Part shown: piece by piece, positions 1 through 9,671 of the stretch
Numbering within the stretch: position 1 is the stretch's first letter
Layout: the number at the start of each line of letters is the position of its first letter
DNA from: Deltaproteobacteria bacterium
GTDB lineage: Bacteria > Desulfobacterota > Desulfomonilia > UBA1062
Direction of reading: 5' to 3'
Assembly (NCBI GenBank): GCA_018433085.1
Contig: JAHDRW010000012.1
Coordinates: 20,606-84,605 of the forward strand
DNA length: 64,000 nucleotides
Program-made: the position numbers and the translations under genes
The notes under the pieces: generated by a model
The model's database searches: none
Told to the model about the DNA's origin: nothing
The model's input: the letters and a program-made list of their open reading frames with translations, nothing else

Positions 1-849
1 CTGGTCCCATGCATCCTTTATCCGCTGGCCGGAGATGAGCGGGATCAGCTGCTCGAGCCCGCCGCCGTTCTTCTCGACCTCAAGGACATCATTGACGACC
101 TTGTTCTTCAACGCCCTTCCCTGCAGCCCGATGCTCTTGCAGAACATGGTGGTTTCGAATTCCTGCCTTGCGGTGAGCTCCTTCTTGATATTCTCGTGGA
201 CCGTGCATTCCTCGGTCGCGATGAATCTGCTCGCCATCATCACGCCCTGGGCCCCCAGGGTAAGCGCCGCTGCCAGGGATCTCCCATCGGATACGCCGCC
301 CGCCGTGACCACCGGTATCTTGACTGAATCCACAATCCTGGGGGTGAGGACCATGGTGGTTACGTCATCGTCCAGGGGATGACCGCCCTCCTCGAAACCG
401 GCTGCATACACGCCGTCGTATCCGGCCTTTTCCGCGTGCAGGGCGTGGCGGACCGAGCCTACCTTGTGAAAAAGCCTCACCCCGGCGTTTTTGAGCCCTG
501 CTATCCCGTCTTTGCCTATCACCTTGTCCAGCGGGCTGCCCGAGACCTCGATGCCGGCCACCCGCTCCTCCGCACACACCCGGGCGTACATCATGTGGTG
601 CTCTCCGGTGATCCGGATGGAGGGAAGCAGGGTAAGCCCGACCATGAAGGGTTTGTTGGTGAGGGCCCTTACCTCGCGGATGGCCGCCCGGAAATCGTCC
701 TCTGTCTCGTAATTGCCGGCCGTCAGGTTCCCCATGCCCCCTGCCTCGGATATGGCGGCGCAAAGCTCCGGTTTGCACAGCCACATCATGGCCCCGCAGA
801 TAACAGGATACCGGATCCCGAACATCTCGGTGATAGCGGTCTGTATCAT
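1..849 (-). CDS. Nitronate monooxygenase / FabK-like enoyl-ACP reductase (NMO family), 3' part; gene runs off the window start
   Basis: Minus-strand translation from ATG at 849-847 (RBS ggagga) reads MIQTAITEMFGIRYPVICGAMMW...GGMGNL...VTAGGVSDGRSLAAALTLGAQGVMMASRF, the TIM-barrel FMN-binding pattern of 2-nitropropane dioxygenase/FabK. It is not in the ORF table because it has no stop codon inside the window. Confidence 0.65.
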   Translation of the reverse strand, partial: MIQTAITEMFGIRYPVICGAMMWLCKPELCAAISEAGGMGNLTAGNYETEDDFRAAIREVRALTNKPFMVGLTLLPSIRITGEHHMMYARVCAEERVAGIEVSGSPLDKVIGKDGIAGLKNAGVRLFHKVGSVRHALHAEKAGYDGVYAAGFEEGGHPLDDDVTTMVLTPRIVDSVKIPVVTAGGVSDGRSLAAALTLGAQGVMMASRFIATEECTVHENIKKELTARQEFETTMFCKSIGLQGRALKNKVVNDVLEVEKNGGGLEQLIPLISGQRIKDAWDQ

Positions 850-1060
850 GATTTCCTCCTTGAAAATTTCTGATCGGCTTATTAGTTTAAAGTAATACTT
901 TATGCTTTAGGTATACCCGTCCCGGTCCCTTGTCAACAGCTATCTCGTATCGAGACGGCATGCACATGATCAAAAAGGGAATTCCCTCATGCTCAACCTT
1001 GTTCTTTTCCCGTGCCTGTGATAGGAGATACCAGCTATTCCCGATGTAAGGAGATATATC

Positions 1061-2260
1061 GTGAAGTACCGTTTCCATGCGTATGATTATCTTGTCTATC
1101 TCATCAGTTATGTGTTTTTTGCCCTCTTCGTGGCCGATGCCGGAAACGCGCTGCCTTTCACCGAGCCCGTAGATCTCCCTTCCTGGGTCTACCTTATCAT
1201 CGCGGTCCTCCTGAACCTGTGGGTCCTCCCGATACCCGGGATCCACCCGAGGAACGTTCCCGAACAGGAAGAGGTGTCCCGCGTGGAAGAGATCGCGGTA
1301 GAGCCCGGGAAAAAAGCTGTCCCCAAGCCGGCGGCACCGCCCGCCCCCTCTCCCCGGGAGAAGCTGGAGAGGGGACTCTCCAAGACACACAAGGGGTTCG
1401 TTGAGAGGATATCATCCGTGTTCAGACGCTCCAGGACCATCGACGAGGCGCTCCTCACCGAGCTCGAAGAGACCCTCGTGGGCACGGACATCGGGGTGAG
1501 GACCGCCTACGCCGTCTTCGAGCATGTCCAGAAGAACGTAGGTAAGACCACTACCGCGGAGCAGGCCATGGAGTCGATCAGAACCGAGGTCGATTCCATC
1601 CTGGAGAAGCGGGAGGCCCCCCTGGTCATTCCCGAGGACGTGAAACCCTTCGTGATCATGGTCACCGGCGTCAACGGGTCGGGCAAGACCACCACCATCG
1701 CGAAGATCGCGCACCGGCTCAAAACCGAGGGCAAGTCAGTCATTATCGCATCGGGCGACACCTTCCGGGCCGCGGCCATCGAGCAACTCGAGCACTGGGC
1801 CCAGCGGGTAGGCGCCGACTTCATCAAGTCCCACGAAGGCGCAGATCCCTCCGCCGTTGCCTTTGACGGGCTTTCGGCAGCCATGTCGCGAGGGCACGAT
1901 GTCCTGATCATCGACACGGCCGGGCGACTGCACACCAAGGAAAATCTCATGGAAGAACTCAAGAAGACCAAGCGGGTTCTCGACAAAAAGTTTACCGGCG
2001 CCCCTCATGAAATTCTGCTTGTCTTGGACGCCACAATCGGGCAGAATGCCATCGAACAGACCAGACAGTTCGATCGCGCCCTGGATGTGACCGGTATCGC
2101 CATGACCAAGCTCGACGGGTCGTCCAAAGGCGGCGTGATTGTCGGAATCGCCAATGAATTTGAGATCCCCATCCGATATATCGGTGTCGGGGAGGATATG
2201 GACGATCTTCAGCCGTTCAGTGCACAAAACTTCGTAAATGCTCTTTTTCTTGACAATTAA
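1061..2260 (+). CDS. ftsY: Signal recognition particle receptor FtsY
   Basis: GTG start with AAGGAG RBS. C-terminal NG domain carries VTGVNGSGKTTTIAKIA, DTAGRLH and TKLDGSSKGG (the SRP GTPase G1-G4 motifs). N-terminal hydrophobic/acidic A-domain. Confidence 0.9.
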   Translation: MKYRFHAYDYLVYLISYVFFALFVADAGNALPFTEPVDLPSWVYLIIAVLLNLWVLPIPGIHPRNVPEQEEVSRVEEIAVEPGKKAVPKPAAPPAPSPREKLERGLSKTHKGFVERISSVFRRSRTIDEALLTELEETLVGTDIGVRTAYAVFEHVQKNVGKTTTAEQAMESIRTEVDSILEKREAPLVIPEDVKPFVIMVTGVNGSGKTTTIAKIAHRLKTEGKSVIIASGDTFRAAAIEQLEHWAQRVGADFIKSHEGADPSAVAFDGLSAAMSRGHDVLIIDTAGRLHTKENLMEELKKTKRVLDKKFTGAPHEILLVLDATIGQNAIEQTRQFDRALDVTGIAMTKLDGSSKGGVIVGIANEFEIPIRYIGVGEDMDDLQPFSAQNFVNALFLDN

Positions 2261-2284
2261 TTGATTTTTCCTCATAGTGTCCCA

Positions 2285-3301
2285 ATGCTGAAGATTGACC
2301 AGGGCAGGCTGGCTTCCATATTCGATGCCATGGGTTCCAAGACCATCATGGTCATCGGGGACCTCATGCTTGACCACTATATCTGGGGCAAGGTAGAACG
2401 GATTTCTCCCGAGGCCCCGGTGCCCGTGGTTGAGGTGCACGAGGAGAAATACAAGCTCGGCGGGGCCGGAAACGTTGCCAACAACCTCCTGAGCCTCGGG
2501 GCGTCGGTAATCATGAGCGGGGTGAGAGGCCTGGATGTCCATGGCGACATCCTGATCGACATCCTGAACCGGTCGGGCATCCCCACCTCAAAAATCCTGT
2601 CCGACCCCGGCAAGGGCACCATCGTCAAGACCCGGATCATCGCCCATACCCAGCAGATCGTCCGGCTCGACCGGGAGGACCGGTCGGCCATCCCCGATCA
2701 CATCCGCGAGGATATGATCCGCGAGATCCGGGGCTGCATACACGGCGTGGATGCAGTCATCATCTCAGATTACGCAAAGGGCGTGGTGAGCAGGGAGCTC
2801 ATCAGCGAGGTGGTGGATATCACCAGGGGAAACGGCGTGATCGTCTGCGTGGACCCCAAGGAGCGAAATTTTCCCTTCTACAAGAACATCGACGTCATCA
2901 CCCCCAACACCAAAGAGCTGAGCTTCGGCGCCGGGATCAAGATCGAGACGGGTCAGGATATCGTCGAGGCGGCCAGGAGGGTCAAATCGGCCCTTACGTG
3001 TGACACCGTGCTCGTCACCCGGGGAGAGCACGGCATGAGCCTCTTCGAAAAAGACCACGAGGCGGTGGATATCCCCACGACCGCCCGGGCCGTATACGAC
3101 GTGACCGGGGCCGGGGACACGGTCATTGCATGCTTTGCCCTCGCCCTCGTCGCGGGCGCCAGCCCCCGGGAGGCGGCGATCATAGCCAACACCGCCGCTG
3201 GACTGGTGGTTGCGGAAGTGGGCGCGGCGAGTGTGCCCAGGGAAAAACTCTACCGGGTATGCAGGGAGGAAGTCAGTGGGCACACCAGCCACTCCCTGTG
3301 A
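2285..3301 (+). CDS. PfkB-family sugar kinase resembling HldE/RfaE domain I (D-glycero-beta-D-manno-heptose-7-phosphate kinase)
   Basis: MVIGDLMLDHYIWGKVERISPEAPVPVV...KLGGAGNVANNL matches the HldE kinase N-terminus; DVTGAGDTV is the ribokinase-family ATP motif near the C-terminus. Start could be the TTG at 2261. Confidence 0.75.
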   Translation: MLKIDQGRLASIFDAMGSKTIMVIGDLMLDHYIWGKVERISPEAPVPVVEVHEEKYKLGGAGNVANNLLSLGASVIMSGVRGLDVHGDILIDILNRSGIPTSKILSDPGKGTIVKTRIIAHTQQIVRLDREDRSAIPDHIREDMIREIRGCIHGVDAVIISDYAKGVVSRELISEVVDITRGNGVIVCVDPKERNFPFYKNIDVITPNTKELSFGAGIKIETGQDIVEAARRVKSALTCDTVLVTRGEHGMSLFEKDHEAVDIPTTARAVYDVTGAGDTVIACFALALVAGASPREAAIIANTAAGLVVAEVGAASVPREKLYRVCREEVSGHTSHSL

Positions 3302-3305
3302 TGTC

Positions 3306-3809
3306 TTGCTCTTCTGCAGTGTCCTCTTCCACGATGCCGTTCCCGCCGGGCAGGCGATCGACGCGCTCAAGGATGTCTATGGCGACACGATCTACGAGTC
3401 CGGCTCCATGCCTTTCGGCTACACCTCATATTATGAAGGAGAACTGGGCTCCCCGTTATACCGCATCCTCATCGCCTTCCTTGATCCGGTGCCCAGAGAC
3501 TGCCTACCAGACTCAAAGCTGAGATCGAACGCCATCGAGGAGACCTTCACGGTACGGGGGAAGAGATCCGTCAACCTCGATCCCGGTATCCTGAGCCTGG
3601 AGAATATCTGTCTCGCCACCACCAAGCCCTACAGCCACCGCATCTACCTGGGAAGCGGCATCTGGGGCGAGGTGACCCTCATGTACCGGAAAGACTCGTA
3701 CCAGGCCTTGCCATGGACCTATCCGGACTATGCCTCGCCCGGAATGATAGAGATCTTCAATTCGCTCAGAGACCAGTACAAGGAGAAATCACGATGCCGC
3801 GAAGTATGA
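3306..3809 (+). CDS. Conserved hypothetical protein, DUF4416-like
   Basis: ORF in frame 3210..3809; the true start is probably a TTG/GTG just after the upstream stop. The sequence GILSLENICLATTKPYSHRIYLGSGIWGEV recalls the DUF4416 family. Both the start and the family are uncertain. Confidence 0.45.
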   Translation: MLFCSVLFHDAVPAGQAIDALKDVYGDTIYESGSMPFGYTSYYEGELGSPLYRILIAFLDPVPRDCLPDSKLRSNAIEETFTVRGKRSVNLDPGILSLENICLATTKPYSHRIYLGSGIWGEVTLMYRKDSYQALPWTYPDYASPGMIEIFNSLRDQYKEKSRCREV

Positions 3810-4657
3810 CAGGATTCGGCCAGGCCGACGAAAACGGCTATCATATCGAGATCAAGGGAGTCAACCACCGGTACCGCGACATCCGGGTACGGGTTCCAAA
3901 GGATCTGTCGTCTTTCGAAATACCCGTGCGCGACCTCGTTCAGGAATGTGTCACCAGGGGCAAGGTCGAGGTAAACATCACCCGGAGCGTATCACCTGAC
4001 GTTCAGGAGAGGCTCACCGTAAACTGGGATCTCGCCCGGCTCTATTCCGAGGATCTCGGCCGCATGGCCCGGGAATTCGGTGGAGAGGTGACCTTCCGGG
4101 ACATCCTGATGTTGCCCGGGATCCTCGGAGAAAGCGCCCGCAACATCGAAGAGCAGTGGCCCCTTTTACGGGAGGGCATCACAGAAGCGCTCACCTCCTT
4201 CTCCGCCGCAAAGACCGAAGAAGGCAAAAGACTCAAGACGGATATCTCGGAGCGACTCGAATCGCTTGTCCGGATGCACGGGGACATGAACCAGGCGGCC
4301 CAGGGCATGGTGGAAATATTCCGTGAAAGGCTTCGGTCGCGGCTGCAGGAACTGCTGGGAGACAAGGCGGACAAGGTGGACGAGACGCGCCTGGAGCAGG
4401 AAATCGCGCTTATGGCCGACCGGTCCGACATCACCGAGGAGCTCGTGAGGCTTCACAGTCACATCACATCCTTCCAAGGCGTCATCGACGCCCCCGACCC
4501 TTCCATAGGCAGACGGCTCGACTTCATGCTCCAGGAGATCAACCGCGAGCTCAACACCATCGGGTCCAAGAGCCAGATCATCACCCTGAGCCATATCGTG
4601 ATCGAGGCAAAGGCCGAGGTGGAGAAGATCCGCGAACAGGTTCAGAACATCGAATAA
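3795..4657 (+). CDS. yicC: YicC-family stress-induced protein (TIGR00255)
   Basis: MPRSMTGFGQA N-terminus (the classic YicC start) preceded by an aaggaga RBS; C-terminal DxxEELxRLxSH motif. Sits in the conserved yicC / DUF370 / gmk arrangement. Confidence 0.8.
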
Positions 4658-4690
4658 TTACTATAGAGAACACAATGAAAGGAGTGTTTT

Positions 4691-4975
4691 ATGGGCAAGC
4701 ATGATACGAAATTACTGAACATCGGGTTCAACAACGGGGTTGTGGCTTCTCGGATCATTGCTATCGTCAACCCGTCATCTTCCCCCATGAAACGTCTGAG
4801 AGAAGAGGCCAAGGAAAGGGGCCAGCTCATCGACGCCACCCAGGGAAGAAAAACAAGGTCCATCATCATCACCGACAGCTCGCATATCATTCTCAGCGCC
4901 ATCCAGGCCGAGACCATCTCCAACAGGCTTTCCGACGGGAATGGCCACAAGGAAAACTTCAAGGAGAAAGAGTAG
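4691..4975 (+). CDS. DUF370 / RemA-like small regulatory protein
   Basis: [65 protein letters not shown] is the DUF370 signature. Canonical position immediately upstream of gmk. Confidence 0.8.
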   Translation: MGKHDTKLLNIGFNNGVVASRIIAIVNPSSSPMKRLREEAKERGQLIDATQGRKTRSIIITDSSHIILSAIQAETISNRLSDGNGHKENFKEKE

Positions 4976-4998
4976 AGCTAAAAGGCAGGAGGAAGGAG

Positions 4999-5595
4999 TT
5001 GAGGATCTTTATTTCCGGCCCCTCGGGGGTCGGCAAGTCCACCATCATCACCGAGGTCCTGAAGCACAATCCGGATTTTGTGCTTTCGATATCGTATACC
5101 ACCAGGCCTCCCCGGCCCCGCGAGGTGGACGGAAAGGATTATTTCTTCACCACGCACGAGGTCTTCGAAGAGATGAAGGGCAGAAACGAGTTCCTCGAAT
5201 GGGCCCGGGTGCACGGCAATCTCTATGGGACCTCGCTCTCGTGGATGGAGAAGCGGGAGAGGCAGGGCAGACACATCCTTCTGGACATCGACGTGCAGGG
5301 GGTCAGACAGGCCCAGCAGAAAGACTCGCCGGGCGTCTATATCTTCATCCTCCCTCCGAGCATCGAGGAACTCGCCAGGCGCCTCGCCAGACGGGGTACC
5401 GAGGATGACGAGTCCTTCCGCATCCGGCTCAAGAACGCCAAGAGCGAGCTCAAATCGTGGGACATATACGATTACCTCGTGGTGAATGATGACGTTGCCA
5501 GGACGGTTCAGGACGTTCAGAGCATTGTCAGCGCTTCGCGGTGCTCGCGCACGGAAATCATAGAGAGGATTCCATGGCTGCGAGAGATAGAATAA
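4999..5595 (+). CDS. gmk: Guanylate kinase
   Basis: TTG start with ggaaggag RBS. P-loop ISGPSGVGKST, YTTRPPRPREVDGKDYFF and EW..VHGN.YGT motifs. Confidence 0.9.
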   Translation: MRIFISGPSGVGKSTIITEVLKHNPDFVLSISYTTRPPRPREVDGKDYFFTTHEVFEEMKGRNEFLEWARVHGNLYGTSLSWMEKRERQGRHILLDIDVQGVRQAQQKDSPGVYIFILPPSIEELARRLARRGTEDDESFRIRLKNAKSELKSWDIYDYLVVNDDVARTVQDVQSIVSASRCSRTEIIERIPWLREIE

Positions 5596-6296
5596 TCTTT
5601 GCCCTGGATGTGGGCGATCTGGATTCTGCCCGGAAATGGGTGGAGAAGATCGGCTCCCACGTCGGGTGGTTCAAGGTGGGTCTCGAGCTCTTCAGCGCGG
5701 CAGGCCCCGCGGTGGTCGATCTGATCACCTCTTCGGGCCTGAAGTGTTTTCTCGACCTGAAGTTCCACGACATCCCCAACACGGTCGCCGGGGCGGTGAG
5801 GTCCGCAGTGAGGCTCAACGCGCACATGGTGACCATACACATCTCCGGAGGACGGGCGATGGTCAGGGCGGCGCTCGCGGCGGCACGCGAGGAGTCGGAA
5901 TCGCTGAACATACCGAGGCCCCGGATCATCGGGGTGAGCGTGCTCACCTCCCTGGGCCGGGACGATCTTCCCGGCCTGGGGATCGCCAGGTCCGTACAGG
6001 AGCAGGTGAGCGGCCTCGTGGAGCTCGCCTGCGGTGAAGGTATCGACGGGATCGTGTGTTCTCCCGCCGACCTCCCCTTTGTCCGGCCCAAGGTGCCGGA
6101 ACCGTCGGTGATCATTACCCCGGGCATCAGACCCGGATGGTCGGAAAAGGGCGACCAGAAACGGATCGCAACCCCGGAAAGCGCCATAAGGGACGGGGCG
6201 GATCTCATGGTCGTCGGCAGGCCCATCAGCCAGGCAAAGGACCCTGTCCGGGCAATCGAGATGATCGTCCGGGAGATCGAGTCGGTCGGCAGCTGA
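5574..6296 (+). CDS. pyrF: Orotidine-5'-phosphate decarboxylase
   Basis: IIFALDV...KVGLELF...DLKFHDIPNTV (catalytic Asp-x-Lys-x-x-Asp region) and a C-terminal MVVGRPI motif. Start taken at MAARDRIIFALD; it overlaps the gmk 3' end. Confidence 0.85.
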   Translation: MAARDRIIFALDVGDLDSARKWVEKIGSHVGWFKVGLELFSAAGPAVVDLITSSGLKCFLDLKFHDIPNTVAGAVRSAVRLNAHMVTIHISGGRAMVRAALAAAREESESLNIPRPRIIGVSVLTSLGRDDLPGLGIARSVQEQVSGLVELACGEGIDGIVCSPADLPFVRPKVPEPSVIITPGIRPGWSEKGDQKRIATPESAIRDGADLMVVGRPISQAKDPVRAIEMIVREIESVGS

Positions 6297-6401
6297 TCCG
6301 TGTTCAGAGCTACGCCTGCTCACCGCATAAAACCCAGCAGACCGTGCATACCGGTCCCGGGCGATATCTGTTGACCATACGGTTTTTATCTCCTATTCTC
6401 G

Positions 6402-6935
6402 TTGGTCGTGTCTATCCGTGTATGTGCAGGATTATACCGTTCACGCAGGCTCGAGTGCCCGGCAAAAGGGGTGAGGCCCACCACCGACCGGGTGAAGCAG
6501 GCGATATTTTCCACCCTGCCCGTGTATCCAGACGGAATTTCAGTTCTGGATCTCTTCGCGGGGTGCGGGAACCTCGGCATCGAGGCCCTGAGCAGAGGCG
6601 CTCAAACAGTAACCTTTGTGGACGCATCTCCCCGGAGCATCCGGGCCATCGAGAAGAATATCGGTTCACTCAATGCCGGGGAGCACGCGAGAATCATACG
6701 GTCCGAGGCTGGTTCGTTCGTGAGGGGCTGCATTGAGGAGTTCGATGTCGTTTTCATGGATCCCCCCTATAACAAAGGACTTGCGTCAGAAATGGCGCCT
6801 CATGTATATAGGCTCGTTAAAACCGGGGGTGTCCTGGTAGTCGAGCACTCACCCGATGAGGCGATACCCGTTCAGCCGTGGAAAACCCGGACCTACGGAG
6901 ATACCATGATCACGTATTGTATAAAGGGGGCATAA
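6402..6935 (+). CDS. rsmD: 16S rRNA (guanine966-N2)-methyltransferase RsmD
   Basis: GLYRSRRLECPAKGVRPTTDRVKQAIFS matches the RsmD N-terminus; DLFAGCGNLGIEALSRGA is the SAM motif I; DPPY is the N6/N2-methyltransferase motif IV. The exact start (TTG 6402 or GTG 6408) is uncertain. Confidence 0.75.
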   Translation: MVVSIRVCAGLYRSRRLECPAKGVRPTTDRVKQAIFSTLPVYPDGISVLDLFAGCGNLGIEALSRGAQTVTFVDASPRSIRAIEKNIGSLNAGEHARIIRSEAGSFVRGCIEEFDVVFMDPPYNKGLASEMAPHVYRLVKTGGVLVVEHSPDEAIPVQPWKTRTYGDTMITYCIKGA

Positions 6936-7429
6936 TGAGGAAAAAAATTGCCGTCTGTCCCGGGTCGTTCGACCCCATCACCAACGGCCACTTGGATATC
7001 GTGTACCGGGGTCTGTGCGTGTTCGACAAGGTGATCATCGCCGTGGGCCACAATCCCTTGAAAACAGACCTCTTCACCACGGAGGAAAAGCTCGAGATGA
7101 TCCGGGAGTCCGTGGGGGAGGACCCCCGGATCGACGTGGACGTCTTCGAAGGGCTGCTCGTGGATTATCTCCAGAAGATCGGGGCATGCGCCATCCTGCG
7201 GGGCCTGCGGGTGGTGTCCGATTTCGAGATGGAGTTGCAGCTCGCCCTCATGAACCGGCGCCTGTGCAGCAAGGTCGAGACCTTTTTTCTGATGACCGAC
7301 TACAACCACCTTTTCGTGAGCTCCACCATTGTCAAGGCCACGGCTGCCGCCGGGGGATCGGTGGAAGGGCTCGTTCCGGACCCTGCTCTCGACAAGCTGC
7401 GGGAGAAATTCCCGAAAATGACCAAATAA
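6935..7429 (+). CDS. coaD: Phosphopantetheine adenylyltransferase
   Basis: MRKKIAVCPGSFDPITNGHLDIV carries the H/TxGH nucleotidyltransferase motif. The ATG overlaps the rsmD stop (taATG). Confidence 0.9.
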   Translation: MRKKIAVCPGSFDPITNGHLDIVYRGLCVFDKVIIAVGHNPLKTDLFTTEEKLEMIRESVGEDPRIDVDVFEGLLVDYLQKIGACAILRGLRVVSDFEMELQLALMNRRLCSKVETFFLMTDYNHLFVSSTIVKATAAAGGSVEGLVPDPALDKLREKFPKMTK

Positions 7430-7456
7430 CCGTTTTTTGCAGCGAGGAGGAATAGC

Positions 7457-8626
7457 ATGAAGATCTCTCAGGTCGTGTCCAAGATTCCCGGATCCCCTAC
7501 CCTGGCGCTCACCGCGAAGGTGAAGCAGCTCAAAGCCCAGGGGAAGAACGTCATCGGGTTCGGTGCCGGGGAGCCTGACTTCGATACGCCCGATCCCATA
7601 AAGGCATCCGCCATTGAGGCCCTGAGGAGGGGCACGACGAAGTACACCCCCGTGGATGGGCTGTCCGAGCTCAAAGATGCCATATGTGCGAACGTATATG
7701 TCGATTACGGTCTGAAGGCATTGCCCGAAAACGTCATCGTCTCGTGCGGTGCGAAGCACAGCCTCTACAACCTTTTTCTGACCCTGTTCGAGGGAGGCGA
7801 CGAGGTGCTCGTCCCCGCCCCGTACTGGGTCTCGTACCCCCCCATGATCGAGCTCACCGGGGCAAAGGCGGTGACCATCGACACCCGCGGAAACGACATG
7901 CAGCTCACCGCTGACATGGTCAAAGAGGCGATCACTCCCCGTTCGCGGGGCATCGTGCTCAATTCGCCATCCAACCCCACAGGAATGGTCTTCGACCCCC
8001 ATGAGCTGGAAAAGATTGCCGCTCTGTGCGTGGAGAACGACATGGCCATCATCTCGGACGACATCTATCGAAAGATCATCTTCGACGACGTCGAGTTCTT
8101 CTCCGTGGCAACCATCTCCCCCGAGGTGGCCAGCCGCACCTTCATCGTCGACGGGATGTCCAAGACCTATGCCATGACGGGCTGGAGGATCGGATACTGC
8201 GTCGGCGACAAGGACGTGATCAAGGCGATGAGCAGGCTCCAGAGCCAGAGCACCTCGAACCCGACCAGCTTCGCCCAGGTGGGGGCCGTCACCTCGCTCA
8301 CCGGGGACCAGTCCGCGGTGGAGGAAAGGAGAAAGGTATTCGAGAAACGCAGAGACCTCATCGTGTCCAAACTCAAAGAGATCCCCGGGTTCGAGATCGC
8401 CCCGCCCCAGGGATCGTTCTACTCCTTCCCCTCTGTCAGGGGTTATGTGGATCGATTCGGCGGCTCGGAGGGCCTTGCGGAGTATCTTATCACCAGCGCG
8501 CTCGTGGCGGTCGTACCGGGCGAAGGATTTGGCGCACCGGATCATATCCGGCTTTCGTTCGCTACCTCGGAGAAGAACATCATCGAGGGCGTCGACCGGA
8601 TCAGGGAGGCGCTGGCTGTCCTGTAG
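7457..8626 (+). CDS. Aspartate/aromatic aminotransferase (class I PLP-dependent)
   Basis: GFGAGEPDFDTP, LNSPSNPTGMV and SKTYAMTGWRIGY (the PLP-Lys region) are typical of AspB-type aminotransferases. Good RBS (gaggagg). Confidence 0.85.
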   Translation: MKISQVVSKIPGSPTLALTAKVKQLKAQGKNVIGFGAGEPDFDTPDPIKASAIEALRRGTTKYTPVDGLSELKDAICANVYVDYGLKALPENVIVSCGAKHSLYNLFLTLFEGGDEVLVPAPYWVSYPPMIELTGAKAVTIDTRGNDMQLTADMVKEAITPRSRGIVLNSPSNPTGMVFDPHELEKIAALCVENDMAIISDDIYRKIIFDDVEFFSVATISPEVASRTFIVDGMSKTYAMTGWRIGYCVGDKDVIKAMSRLQSQSTSNPTSFAQVGAVTSLTGDQSAVEERRKVFEKRRDLIVSKLKEIPGFEIAPPQGSFYSFPSVRGYVDRFGGSEGLAEYLITSALVAVVPGEGFGAPDHIRLSFATSEKNIIEGVDRIREALAVL

Positions 8627-8899
8627 AAACCGGTGCTCTGCAGGAGCCTGGTAAAAGAGGGTGTCGCCCAGAGTAACAAAGCGCACCGAAGATCGTGACA
8701 AAGATGCTGCCTTCCCGTCCGGGAGGACAGCATCTTGGCGAAAGAAAGACCCTTCGAACCGGGAACAGGGGATGTCATCTCGAGCGCCCGGGGGTCCCCG
8801 CTGTCGGATCGACGATATCGCCTTGACTGAAATCTTGCCTCAAGAAAAATATCGGGAATCCGATAAAACTCTTAGCATCTATTCCGGGGAGGAGCGGCA

Positions 8900-9277
8900 A
8901 TGAGCATCAATTCCATGGGCTATGAGGCATACAGGAAGACCCAGATCCAGACCGCGGATCAGGGAAGCCTTATTCTGATGTGCTACGAGGGTGCCATAAA
9001 CTTCTTGAAGAAGGCCGCAATGGCCCAGCGGGAACACGACGAACAGGCCAGAATCAAAGCCCTGGCCAAGGCACAGAACATCCTCTGGGAACTCACCAAC
9101 AGCCTGAATTACGATGCAGGAGAAATCGCGAACAATCTGGAGTCGCTGTACAACTACATGATACGCCGCATTGTGGATGCCGAGTACCATAACAGTCTCG
9201 ATGCAATGAACGAGGTGATTTCCTACCTCCAGGAGCTCAAAGGGTCATGGGAACAGATCATCAGAAGATCGTCCTGA
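8900..9277 (+). CDS. fliS: Flagellar export chaperone FliS
   Basis: Roughly 125 aa. AYRKTQIQTADQGSLILMCYEGAINFLKKA...LWELTNSLNYDAGEIANNLESLYNYMIRRIV follows the FliS consensus (AY...LMLYDGAI...II.EL..SLD...GEIA.NL..LY.YM..RL). ggggagga RBS. Confidence 0.75.
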   Translation: MSINSMGYEAYRKTQIQTADQGSLILMCYEGAINFLKKAAMAQREHDEQARIKALAKAQNILWELTNSLNYDAGEIANNLESLYNYMIRRIVDAEYHNSLDAMNEVISYLQELKGSWEQIIRRSS

Positions 9278-9615
9278 GCCTCCTGAAGAAGTGGCGCTCC
9301 CTGATCCTGGAACAGGGGGAGTCACTTTCCGAAGGAGACCTGGAAAAGTTCGAAAGGCTGACCCGGGATACCTCCGTGGTCCAGGCCAGGCTGGATGATA
9401 TCTTCTCGCGGCTGAAACCGGCAAAGCTCGACGAGGACACCCTGGACCTACTCAGGGAAATCGGGAGCCGCCATGCGGAGCTGCTCGCAGAGCTCAAGAG
9501 GGGCACCGACGATGTCTCGAATACCTTGGGCGACCTGAGGAAAAACAGGACATCTCTTCAGGGCTACCGTCAGACGAGGGCGTCCGGCCCCCGGTTCATG
9601 AACGAAAGAACCTGA
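9247..9615 (+). CDS. Small hypothetical protein downstream of fliS; possible FliT/FlgN-like flagellar chaperone
   Basis: The ATG overlaps the fliS 3' end. Predicted helical protein of 122 aa with no recognisable motif; the function is suggested only by position. Confidence 0.35.
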   Translation: MGTDHQKIVLSLLKKWRSLILEQGESLSEGDLEKFERLTRDTSVVQARLDDIFSRLKPAKLDEDTLDLLREIGSRHAELLAELKRGTDDVSNTLGDLRKNRTSLQGYRQTRASGPRFMNERT

Positions 9616-9671
9616 CCCCGCCAAACTCCTTGCATTGACAGATCATTCCGATTTGCATAGTGTATCCTACC

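Noticed and set aside
887-1390. 167-aa minus-strand ORF overlapping the ftsY 5' region
   Set aside because: No motifs. ftsY has a GTG start with a strong AAGGAG RBS on the plus strand covering this region.
6893-8701. 602-aa minus-strand ORF antisense to coaD and the aminotransferase
   Set aside because: Arg/Gly/Pro/Asp-rich low-complexity translation typical of spurious antisense ORFs in high-GC DNA. It fully overlaps two well-supported plus-strand genes.
8831-8866. Sigma-28 (FliA) promoter call for fliS
   Set aside because: Only the -10-like CCGATAA is present. There is no TAAA -35 at the right spacing, so it is kept as a weak note rather than a feature.
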